64,000 nucleotides of DNA, taken from the NCBI GenBank assembly GCA_003971905.1, contig RSEE01000029.1, forward strand, positions 620,001 to 684,000, given 5' to 3'. Positions 38,798-49,337 of the stretch are shown here, in pieces (the first letter of the stretch is position 1; every line of letters begins with the position of its first letter). The position numbers and the translations under genes are program-made. Under the pieces are notes generated by a model. That model did no database searches, was not told where the DNA came from, and saw only the letters and a list, made by a program, of their open reading frames with translations. Origin of the DNA: Moniliella sp. 'wahieum' (lineage: Eukaryota).

Positions 38798-41418
38798 CTA
38801 CTGGGGTGCGGTCCAGTCAAACTGAGCAAATGCTTGGTCTTCCGCCGGGGTAGGGGGAGAGTCAACGGATAAGGTGGGCTGGGCGTGGGTGTGGAGTTGT
38901 TCAAAGTGGTGCGTGTCCAGGGCGGCTTGAATGTGCGGCAGAAATGGAGGTGGAAGTTGCTTGGCCAAGAGCAGGTCCCAGTCCAACGTGCGAAAGAAGG
39001 GATGCACCTTGACTTCGGCCGCATCGGCTTGTCCGCCGCCCAAGCGGCAGCGCGGGTCGTGCGCTAGTAGACGGTCAATCAAATCTTCACTGTATTCGGG
39101 CCATTGCGCAGCGTTCTCCTTGTAGTACTTGCCTTCTTGCACCCGCCCTGCAATTTCCGCAATGTCGTCTCCAAAAAAACGGCGCGACATTGAACAGCAG
39201 CTCGTACAGCAGCACCCCAAACGCCCACCACTCGACCGCACGCGTGTATTAGCAGCAGGGAGAATCAAAGATCTGATCCACATATGTCATGTCAGTGCCA
39301 TGGTCCAGAACAGGGAGGAAACTGGCACAGTCAGTTGTCCCTAAAAGCGCACAGCGTACCTCGGGAGCCATAAATTCCGGCGTGCCAGTAAACGTATCGG
39401 TTGTTGTGTTGTGGAACATGTTGCCGTACAAATCGATCAGGAACGGGTGCCCTTTGGGGTTGGCGCTGACAATATCAATAAACGTGTCACGCTCGCGGTA
39501 CAGCAACCCCAATTGCCTCTCTGTTTCGGCCAACAACTCGGTCTTGACCACCGCCTTGAGCGCCACCAGCCGCCCTCCCCCGCGTGCTAGGAACACCGTT
39601 CCAAATGCTCCGCGACCCAAGATACGTAGAAGAGTGTAGTCCTCCAACTTGGTCGGCATGCGAGGCAGCACCGCGTCCCTTCTTTCGCGCTCTCACCACC
39701 GGCAACTCTTGCTCGGCTGGCACCTGGAAGCATCGCCCGCCACATCGCCCGCCACACCGCTTTCTGCAGGCACCTGGGAAGCACCGCCTGCCACACCCTT
39801 TCTTCGGCAAAGTGAAGGCGTGGGATGAGGGGGACTGTGGATGCAGGCGTACGCGCACGTATAACTACCTCCACCCCATCGTCGACGCCGCACCCGGGCC
39901 AACGATTCCCCTTCTGTGTGGGAAACAGTGGCGAAGGACGGGTCCATCTCGAGCGGAGACGGCGGTGGATGCAGTCCCAGGGGTCGGAGATGGGCATGGG
40001 CGGAGATGGGCATCCGTAACTTGACTAGGTGAGTAGGGGTTGTAGAAGAAGGTGGCGTTAGGGGAGACGGTTGAGTTGGCACTGGGGATCTGGATCTCAG
40101 TAACAGGGGAAGTGGCGATGGCTGAGCGGGGGGGGTCAGTGGCCGTCTCAGAAGGGGCTGGGGTGGGTCCGGGACGTAGAGATTGGCGTAGTACGGCGGT
40201 GGATAGGGGACCGACGGTGGGTTGGGGTTGATGCTGGCCACTGGCGTAATATGGGTGGACGCGGTGACGGTCCGCCTGGGAACGACCGACGGGGGCGGGG
40301 CCGGGGTTTCGGAGGGGAGAATGACAGAGGTAGGAGCGACGGTGGTAGTGGAGGTAGGAGCGACGGTGTAGTGGAGGTAGAGGAGGTAGAGGATGTGGTG
40401 GGGCGGTGGTTGCGACGGCTGCTGCTACGAGGACCGCGGCTGAAAGTCTGGTAGAGCTGGAGCGTTTCTCTGGGCTTTCTCCACAGGTCAAAGGCAGGCG
40501 GGGCGCACAGGCTTCGTGGGCCCGAACCGAACAGCGAGAGCACTTGCTCCCCTTGGCGCTTGGCACACTCCGCTTGCCGCAGTGGGCGCACCAGTCCCTG
40601 CTGAGCACCACCATCTTTGGTGGTTCAAAGTCGTGAGGGACTTGAAGCGACTGACAAACCCTTTTTCCTCTTCGGTCACCGTCGAAGCAAAGCAAGGGAC
40701 CCAGACCTGCTCTACACACGCTCCGTGGCACCCGTACGAGCAGCGAGAACATTGCACTTCAGAGTCCTTGTTCTTTTGTCCACAGAGCGCGCAGACAATG
40801 CGAGGGAAACTGGTGCTAGCCACAAACTGGTGCCCGTGTCGGCCCTGAATCAGCCCGACCGGGGCAGGATTTTTAACATCACGGCGTTGCGGCCCAAGCG
40901 CCTCTCGTCCTGCTTAATGTAGAGGCTGATCTGCATTCGTGCGCCCACCGGTTCGAGCAGGAGCAGGGCGGTGGCCTCGGGCTTCTCCAGCTTCTTGCCC
41001 GAGTTGACGCCCACCACATAGTTCATCGATAGCTTCCGCTGTATTTCTAGCACTTTCGCCAAACAGATCCATCCGATTGCAACCGGCGTGGGGGACGGGG
41101 CCGCGCTGTCGAATCCCACAAGTTGGTCGTACACGATCACTTCGACGTACTGCACGCTCTCCAACGTGACCTGCAGTTGACTGAGGCGGATCCGACGGGC
41201 TTACCACCTCCACCCCGACCCCCATCTCGTCCAAGGCAGCGGGCTCGGTCTTGTAGCTGAGCCCTTGTTGGCCCGCATCTCAAAAAACGTCCGACGCTGC
41301 TCGGACCGACACTGGGGCCAACGTGCTCAATCCCACTCACCGTATACACTTTGCAGATAAGCGTGCCCGATACCTTGGGCACCTCTTGTCGCTTCAATTC
41401 GGGGACTTGCTCCTTCAT
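38798..41418 (-). pseudogene. Diverged PKC1-like protein kinase C copy (C2, two C1 domains, broken kinase domain); intron 39273-39359
   Basis: C2 (VEVIVYDQ..IGWI; LEPVG), C1a (GHQF...CALC...CSRCSYGCH..C), C1b (PHDF...WCAHCG...CSRC...H..C), LGRGAFGTV, VALK, GTPEFMAPE and the AGC C-tail. Kinase subdomains V-VII are absent and there is an in-frame TAA at 39249-39251. Confidence 0.8.
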
Positions 41419-41705
41419 CTAAGGGATCATTTGTACCCCACCAATCTGGGTGAGTCCCATGACAGGGCCCCTGTGACAGGGTCGTCGTAATTCACGTTCC
41501 ATGGATCGAGCCCACCTCTGGACCACCGATCATCCTTGCTCATCTCCTCCTTGCTCCACCACTTCGCCTGTGCCACGGTTACTCTTTGCACCACCGCTCG
41601 ATATAGAAGTAGAGATCGAGTACTCTCAGGCAGTACTCTACGTCCTACGTACAACCCCGACACTGATGCCCCGCTGCGTCTGCTGGCGCCAACCGTGCAT
41701 TGCGC

Positions 41706-42866
41706 TCACGTGACCTGCGCCCGCTCCAGCAGCGCACACACACTCCAGTGCGCCCGCTCGTCGTACTCGGGCTCGAGCCCTGGCCGCGCCGTCTGGGCGG
41801 GGGGCAGGCGCAGCCTGCTGCCGTCCCACTGCGGCAGGTCCGGGTCGCCGCGCCAGCCCACCGAGCGCACCTCGCCCCCCGGCGCCAGGTACCGTTCCCA
41901 CACGCCCTGCGCAGGCGCCTCCCGGTCCGGCACGAGCCCCGTCTGCGCGGCCAGCGCGACAAACGTAGCCAGCGGTCGTCGTCCCGTGTGCAAGCCCGAT
42001 GATCAGGACCTTGCCTCGGGGCGCGAGCAGCGCGAGCAGCGTAGTCAGCAGCGTATCGGCGCCGATGTCATCCACAGCACGTCCGAGCACAGAATCAGGT
42101 CGTACCCCCCCCCTTGGGTCCAGCCGCGCGCGGCTTGCATCTGCTCCTCGTTGCCCACAGCAGCGCTTGCGCCTCGGCGCGGCCCCCTTGGCCGGTTGCG
42201 GTCCACGTTCGCCTTCAAGCACGCAAGAAGCATCTCATCCGGGTAGTCGTTGCCAGGCTCTGTCTCACACACACACATACACGCACACATCCCACAAAAA
42301 CAGATGGTTAGTGAGGGAGTGCCACCGGTATCGGGCAGGAGATGGATCGGGGGGGGGGGGGGGATCCCGCGTTCCAACCCGGGCTACGCGCAACAGCGAG
42401 CAAAGATCAATGCAGGGCGCGGAGACGTACGAGAGAAGCGCGAGCTGGGCGGCTACCAGGCTGGGCAGGCCGGTGCCCGAGCCCAGTTCCAGCACGGCTT
42501 TGGAGCGCACGTCGAGGGCGGTGCGGATGTGGGCGTGGGGCAGGGGAAGCGAGGTGAGTTCGCGGCCGCGGCCAAGGTGCACGTCGGCCAAGAGCTGGGC
42601 CATGTCCGCCCACTGGCCCATTGGTACTGCGCCGCAATCTTGGTGTTGGCAGCCTCGACATCGGGGACGGAAAAGTGCAGGTCGTGGGCGAGGGCAGGAT
42701 GGGAAAAGGCGAGCTGAGCATGGGCGCTGCCCTCGGCAGGCTGGGACAGGCCAAAGATGCTGCCCAAGGCATCCTCAAACACGTCGCTGGCGTCGAGCTC
42801 AGCAGGAGATGGAGATGGAGACGGAGATGGAGATGGGATGGACAGCGGCGCGGTGGTGGCAGCCAT
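41706..42866 (-). CDS. Family-16 SAM-dependent protein methyltransferase (EFM7/NNT1-like); intron about 42260-42430
   Basis: AQYQWASG, KAVLELGSGTGLPSLVAA, NDYPD..LL..LKANV, YDLILCSDVLW, GLHTGR; C-terminal ERAHWSV. Confidence 0.85.
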
Positions 42867-43595
42867 GGGTGGGGCGGAGCTGATGGCCACGGCTGCGGCT
42901 GGGTGGCAGCGGCCGAAGACAGGAAGGAGCAGACCAAAAGCCAAGACCTGGCGAGGTGGTCTCGGTGTGTTACTCGGTGGCGCCTCTAGCTCTGAGATTC
43001 TGAGATCGGAAGCTGAAGTCTAAAGCGGAAGTGTGGCAGCGTGTCACATGTCAGGCGGTACGTAGCATCATGCATCATGCATCATGCATCATGCACCAAC
43101 GCCGCCGCTTTTTGTCTGGCGCACCACCACAGCGCCAGTGCGTGGGCGTGCCTGCAGGCTGGGTGGGTGAGGACACAGTTCCAATGCCAGGCACCCTCGC
43201 ACTGCAACAGGCGGCGTGTGGAGACATGCGGCGATGCGAGCCTCTCGGCTGTCTGTCGCACAGCAACGTTATGCGTGCGTTCGCAGTGCCTGGTGCGTAG
43301 CCCCCGTCTCACACACTCCTCCCTGGTGGCCGTCATCTTCTTCCTGGGCGGGATGATGATTAACGTATTAATATGATTTCTGTCACCGGTCGCCCGCCTC
43401 GTCGCGACGCGACGCTGGGCCTGGACGCGGCAAGAACAGGCAACAGCCGCCCAACACGCAAAAACAGGCAAGAACCCACGCCCGCTTCCCTGTCCGAGTG
43501 CGGTGCTGTCCAGCGCGCGGAGCGTGGCTGCCGCCTCGCCACTAGGGACTATATACTAGCCGCACTCGCCACGGCCGATCGGGCCGCGATGCACA

Positions 43596-45617
43596 ATGGT
43601 GCATGGTGTGACATGTGACATGCCACATGCGATGCATGATGCACGACACAGCCCCCTGCAGCACCAGCCCGTCGCTGCCCTTCTTCCGTCCGGCCCACTT
43701 GAGCCGCAATCCTCCGCAGCCGTCCGCCCCCGCTCCTCGCCTGGGAACAGCCCCCCCTCGCCCATGCCCATGCCCCCGCCCCCCGCCCCCCGGCGCCCCC
43801 ATGTCCATGTCCATGTCCATGTCCATGTCCATGTCCATGTCCATGTCCATGTCCATGTCCACGCCCATGTCCACGCCCATGTCCACGCCCATGCCCATGC
43901 CCATGGCCCTGCAGACGCACATGTCCATGCCCCTGGGCGCCCGCATGCACATGCCCATGCCCATGCGCCCCGCCCCCCGCCCGGTGCTGCCCCGCACCCG
44001 CACCTGTACTACGCCCCCCCGCGCCTGGCCCTGGCCGCAACCCCAGCCCCGTCCCCAGTCCTGCCCGCCCGCCCTCCGCGTCGAGCCACGTGGCCCGGCT
44101 GACCCAGCAGCTGACGCGCGCCAACGTCGATACCTGGCTGGCGATTGCCTCGGCCATTGTCGTTGTTGGCGGAGAGGGCGCGCCGAAAGATGCGCTGGCG
44201 TCGGTGCAGCATGCGCTGCGCCACGACCCGCAGTCTGCAGCGGCCTACCGTGTGTTGGGACGCGTGTACCTCGACCTGGGCCAGCAGCCGGACGACCATC
44301 ACCGCCCTCCACACCTCCCTCTCCCTCGCGCCGGACGAAGGCGCAACGTATCAAATCTTGGGCGACGCGTACCTTGCCTTGGACCAGCTCAAGCCCGCGT
44401 ACGAAGCGTACCAACAAGCTCTGCGTCTGCTGCCGGACCCCGATGTACCCGAACTGTGGTACCCGATCGCCATCCTGTACGAGCGCTATGGCTCGCTCGA
44501 GTACGCCCAACAGGCACTGGAGCACGTCGTGGCCCTTGTCACCCAGTCGCAAGACAGGGAGGACGAGAGGATACGTCACGTGCTCGCTAGCCCCGCACGC
44601 TTCCCTCACCTTCCCGAGGTGCTGTATCGTCTCGGCTTACTCTATCGCCAGCAAGGCATGTACCCCGAGAGTGCGCGCGCCTTTCTCTTGCTCGTCGACG
44701 TGCCGCCGGCCCAGCTGACCAGGGGCGACGTGTACTTGGAACTGGGGCAAGTGTATGCGCTGGCGGAGGAGTTTGGTTCGGCGCGGGACGCATTGGAGCG
44801 CGCTTTGACCAGCTCGCCCCCGACCCAGCTGCAAGCTCACCAAGCCCTAGCCTCGCTCTACCTGTCCCGCTACTCGGGCCTGCTGGACCTGGACCAGGCC
44901 AGGATGCACATCTTTGCTGCGCAGCAAGGTGCGCCCATCGACGCCGATCCCGTCCTGGCCGCCCGCACAGCCTACCTCTCTGGCCGCTTACACGCCGAGC
45001 ACGAGCAGGTAACCGAAGCGTTTTCGGCGTACCAACAAGCCATTCGCCTTGCGCCACAAGACGCGCGGACCTGGACCGCGATCGGCGTGCTGTACTACCG
45101 CACCAACCAAGCTGAAGACAGCTTATTTGCCCTGGCCCAGGCGGCCCAACTGGCACCCACGTTGCCCGAACCGTGGTTCAACCTCGGATGCTTGTACCTC
45201 CACACCCCGGACCGCTCCGACGACGCCCACCAGGCACTCCGGCGCGCCCAATCCGCTGCGCGGGCCCAGGCGCTCGCATGGACCACTTACGCGCTTGCTT
45301 GGCCGACTGGGACCGCGAGAGAACCGGTGGACATTGATACCCTCGTCCCGCTTCCTCCCACGGACGAGACGGCGCATGGAGCGACGCCCAAAGGAGCTGA
45401 AGCGGACACGGAAGCGGACGCGCAAGCGGCAGTGGAAGTGGCAGTGGAAGCGCCAGTGCCAGTGGAAGCGGGAACGCCAGCAGGCGCAGGTACAGGTACA
45501 GGTACAGGTCCCGGCGACCGGGACGGCGCGGCGGTGGATGCGTTGCTGGGCTTGGCCTCGGCGCGCTTCTCGCCCAAAAAGAAGAAACTCGTGTCGCCGC
45601 GGCGGGGGCGGAGGTAG
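43596..45617 (+). CDS. Ssn6/Cyc8-like TPR corepressor, strongly diverged; start and N-terminal frame uncertain
   Basis: TPR units resembling Ssn6: YQQALRLLPDPDVPELWYPIAILYERYGSLEYA, EVLYRLGLLYRQQ, PPAQLTRGDVYLELGQVY, AFSAYQQAI...WTAIGVLYYRTNQ..DSL, EPWFNLGCLY. C-terminal basic NLS-like PKKKK..RRGRR. Confidence 0.8.
43801..43905. repeat. (ATGTCC)10 hexamer array with degenerate extension
   Basis: Ten exact copies at 43801-43860, followed by ACGCCC/ATGTCC/ATGCCC variants. Confidence 0.96.
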
Positions 45618-45686
45618 GTGGGCCTAGGCGGTGGGCCTAGGCGGTGGTCCTAGGCGGTGGTCCTAGGTGGTGGACCTAGGCGGTGG
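45617..45686. repeat. 13-bp tandem repeat GGTGGNCCTAGGY x5
   Basis: Five copies beginning at the stop codon of the SSN6-like gene, each containing CCTAGG. Confidence 0.9.
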
Positions 45687-46604
45687 CGGTTGGTTTGTTC
45701 GCTGTCGTCGGCCCCGCGGCGAACGCGGCTGATGCGGGGCGCCAAAAGGCCCTTGGCTGGGCTTGCTTGTAGCATACATATGCCAGTGTACACCTACATG
45801 AGGGCTGTGCTGGGTAGCGGGGGGGGTAGAGGGTAGTAGATAGAGTAGATGTCACATGGGGCGTGGGAGATAGGCGGAGAGAGAGGCAGCGGCTGGGGGA
45901 AAGCTGAAAGGTTCAACATTCGCCTGAAGAAATGGCAACCGGGATGGCTGAAATTGACCGGGATGGCTGAAATTGCAACTGTGTCATGATGGCATGGAAA
46001 TGGTGCTTCTGACATAAAGGAACGTCTCAGCAGCCAGTAGCTAGCAAAGAGTAGCCAGGAGCAGGCGCTGCGCTGGCTTAGTGACCGTGGCTGGCGGCTG
46101 GGCCGCGGAGGCGTGTCGCATGTCGCAGTGGCCCAAGCCAGGGGGGCGCAGGGCGTGGTGCGGTGGGCTGACCGGTGACTGCCGGGCGCCCCCCCGCTGC
46201 CCCAGCCCTGGCAGCGCAGCGCAGCGCCAGTGTCAGCACGGGCCCTGCACCCACACCTCACCCTCACGCCTTCGGCCTTCCCCGGCCACCCCGACCCCTC
46301 AGCGTGGGGCGCTGGCTGGCCAAGTATGAATATGACGTGGGACGCGTGATGCAGATGGACACCTGCCAATATCCAACGCATCTTTGCTGTGCGCTGCTAC
46401 GCCCCGAGCCCAGCCTCTAATCTCTCGCCGTGCCCAGCCCAGCCCGTTTTCCTGTGGCCAGCTTGCCACCCCGTCCCTGCCTCTGCCTCTGTCCTTGCCC
46501 TCGCCCTCGCCCTCTCCTCCGCCTTTGCTCTGCCTCTGCCTCTTCCCCCCATCAAGCCCACGCCGCCGTTGGCCCTGCCCGCTTGCTCCTTCCTTCCTTC
46601 ATCC

Positions 46605-46942
46605 ATGGCTGTACGTCTCCCTACCTCCTCCTCCCCCCCCCGCCCTCGCCCGCCGCTTACCTCCCCCCTCTCTCTCCATCCCAGACCCCCTTTGCAGCGC
46701 AAGAAGCCCAGCTGGCGGCGCGCTACGGCGGCAAGCTACCTGGCAAGAAACCGTGGCTGCAACAGCGCCTCAAGGAGCGCAAGTACTTTGACTCGGGCGA
46801 TTACGCGCTGAAGCAAGCAGGCAAGCCGACGGACAATGAGGTGGGACAGCAGATTGCCACCCCGCAAGTCCTCGGCGCAGGGACGGTCGATGTGTCGGAC
46901 GCTACGACGCCCTCTTCCCCGCTCGACGTTCAAGGGGTTTAG
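46605..46942 (+). CDS. IGO1: Endosulfine (Igo1/ENSA family); intron 46611-46684; may extend to about 47505 if a frameshift is an error
   Basis: ATG GCT | GTACGT...CAG | in-frame TPFAAQEAQLAARYGGKLP...LQQRLKERKYFDSGDYAL, containing the Greatwall/Rim15 site FDSGDY. Confidence 0.88.
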
Positions 46943-48211
46943 CTTTGCGAAGGCTACCAAGCCGGACTTGACTGCCGCCAAAGACGAGTTGCCCCCCGAC
47001 GAGATGGCTCCGTTTGTGCCCCCGCCTCGACCGACGTATTCACATTCGACCCCAACCTCAACCTCCACCTCCACCTCCACCTCGGCCACGGCCTCCGACC
47101 CAACCTCCGTTCCCGCCCCAACCTCCACCCCAGCGCCTATCTTGAACCCCGTCTCCCTTGACCCTCCTTCGTTCCTCTCGTCGTCCCCGCACTGCCGAGC
47201 TGCTACGGCGCTGCTTCCCTCTTCGTCCTCCCTTTGCGCACGCGCACGATCCGCTGCCCTGTGCCCATGCCCAGACCCAGACCCAGACCCACGTGTCCAC
47301 CATCCCCATTCACCATGCCGGTCTGCCTCATGGCCGATCGAGCGTCGCGGGCTCCTTCTCCTTGCCTGGTCAGCCGCCGTGGCAGGCAGCCGTGCCCAGC
47401 GGCGAACCGATCGAAGAGGACACCCAGGCTCAGGCTCGTACCTCCTCCCACCTCTCCAGGGAAAGTTTCTCCGCGGACGAGCTGGGGGACGCCACATTGG
47501 ACTGATGACAATGGACGGACGGACGGACGGACGGACGGATCGATGGACTTTTTGTTTGTTTGGGCCTTGTTGGCTCCGTTTGCCAGTTGCTCTTGCCGGT
47601 TGCTGCTTGGACTCCTACGCGCGCACAACTTTCATCCATGCTTGTCTCTTTTTGCTCTCAGCTCTCGCGCGACGAGGGGGGGAGGTAGGCGCCACCTCGG
47701 CCGTAGCTCGCTAACGGGTTGGCTTGGCTTGACTTGGCTTGGCTTGGTAGACCTCAGCAGCCAAAAAGCGGTCGGAAAGGCGAGGTAAGATAGGCCAGAC
47801 CAGGTGCCAAAAGGTACTTACGGCTGCAGAGGCAGACTGCCCTGCGTATCGCACGGTCGTGCACCTGACACAACGGTGTTAACCAATGCCCCTTTCGGCT
47901 GTGGTTAATGATTATGCATTATGGGATTGCGGGCCAAGGGGAGGAGCTAAGACCACCAGTGGCACTGGGCTTTCTGTACCTCTGTAGTACGGCCTACGGA
48001 GAGAGACTCAGTCGGGTGGGGAGGAGGGGGTAAGGCCTAAGGTAGGGCAAGGTATGTGGGAAAGTGAGTAGCACAGTGGGATCCGGGACACTGGGGAGGA
48101 CTGAGCCTAACCTCAGAGGTCAGGGCCTCAGTACTGAGACTCAGTAGGGATCGGTTTTGGGCTAGGGCGGTGAGGTGAACGTGTTAAACGAGGTTAAACG
48201 TATGAAGACGG

Positions 48212-48295
48212 TGACCGGTGACCGGTGAACATTGAATATCGGCATCATGCATCACCGGTCACCGGTCACCGGTCACATGTCACATGTCACATGTC
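48212..48295. repeat. Compound heptamer array with several palindromic cores in one register
   Basis: TGA-CCGG-TGA-CCGG-TGA-ACAT-TGA-ATAT, then TCA-TGCA-(TCA-CCGG)3-(TCA-CATG)3. Confidence 0.95.
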
Positions 48296-49337
48296 GTATT
48301 CATAGTGACGTCACTTGTGACAGAGGGACGTGGGACAGGTGCCCGGTGCAACGTGCACCCCCGCGGCGGAGCCAATAAGACAACGATTAAATATTAAAGC
48401 GATTAACGAGGCCAGCAGTTGGCTGATCGTGCCGTTGGCACTGCCCCTGTCTGCTCCTGCCTTACACGCCCACACTGTGCACTATACCCTACTCGGGCCC
48501 TCACTAGTCACTCTGTCCTCGTACTACTCACTCCCTACCATATACTACGCCCGACCAACTAACTGCTTCAAGCTTCAAGCTTCAAGCTTCATGCACTTCA
48601 TGCTTCAACAGCTTCACTAGTCACTGGTCACTTGCCCCTGTCTGTGACCTTCATGAGGGAGACACCGGCACCAAAAGAAGAGAGAGAACAGAGGGGATAT
48701 CCACAGCGTACCCCAAACACAGCGTCACGACCTTACAAAAACCAAAACAGACTGTTGTGTATAGAGCAGCTGGAACTATAAGCTCTGGCATCAATAGTCA
48801 TTGCTCACGCTCATCCCATAGCCCGCAAGCCAGCTGAACGCTGAACAACCTGCTAGAACCCCGTCATCATTTCCATGCCACAGGTGGACGGAGGATGGGC
48901 CCTGCGCCCTGGTAGCCACCCTACGGCACGGTGATAGTGAGGATACTCAGCCCTCAGCCTGAGCGCTCAGCAAACTGGCTATAGATGCAAGTGCTGTCAA
49001 GAAGCACTAAAATGCATAATGCGTAGTGGCCATGGTGGCTGGAGACCGGTCATCGTCAGCCTTGCAGGCAAAGCCACCAGAGTGCTTAATGAGACGAAGT
49101 TAGTGAACGTTGAACGTGTTGAACCCAGACTAGTAGTAAATGTAGTGAAGACCGCCTCAGCCAGCCCCTGACAGCCGCCCACCTCCCCCCTCTAAATCCC
49201 TACCACCGAAAACAATAGGCGCGGAGAATAGGGCAATCCGAGGGGAGGGGGTGGCGACTAACGACAGCTCTATGGGGCCGGACCCACACGCCCCGCCACG
49301 CATAAGCTTCGCACCCAGTGAGTCTAACTCTCTCTGC

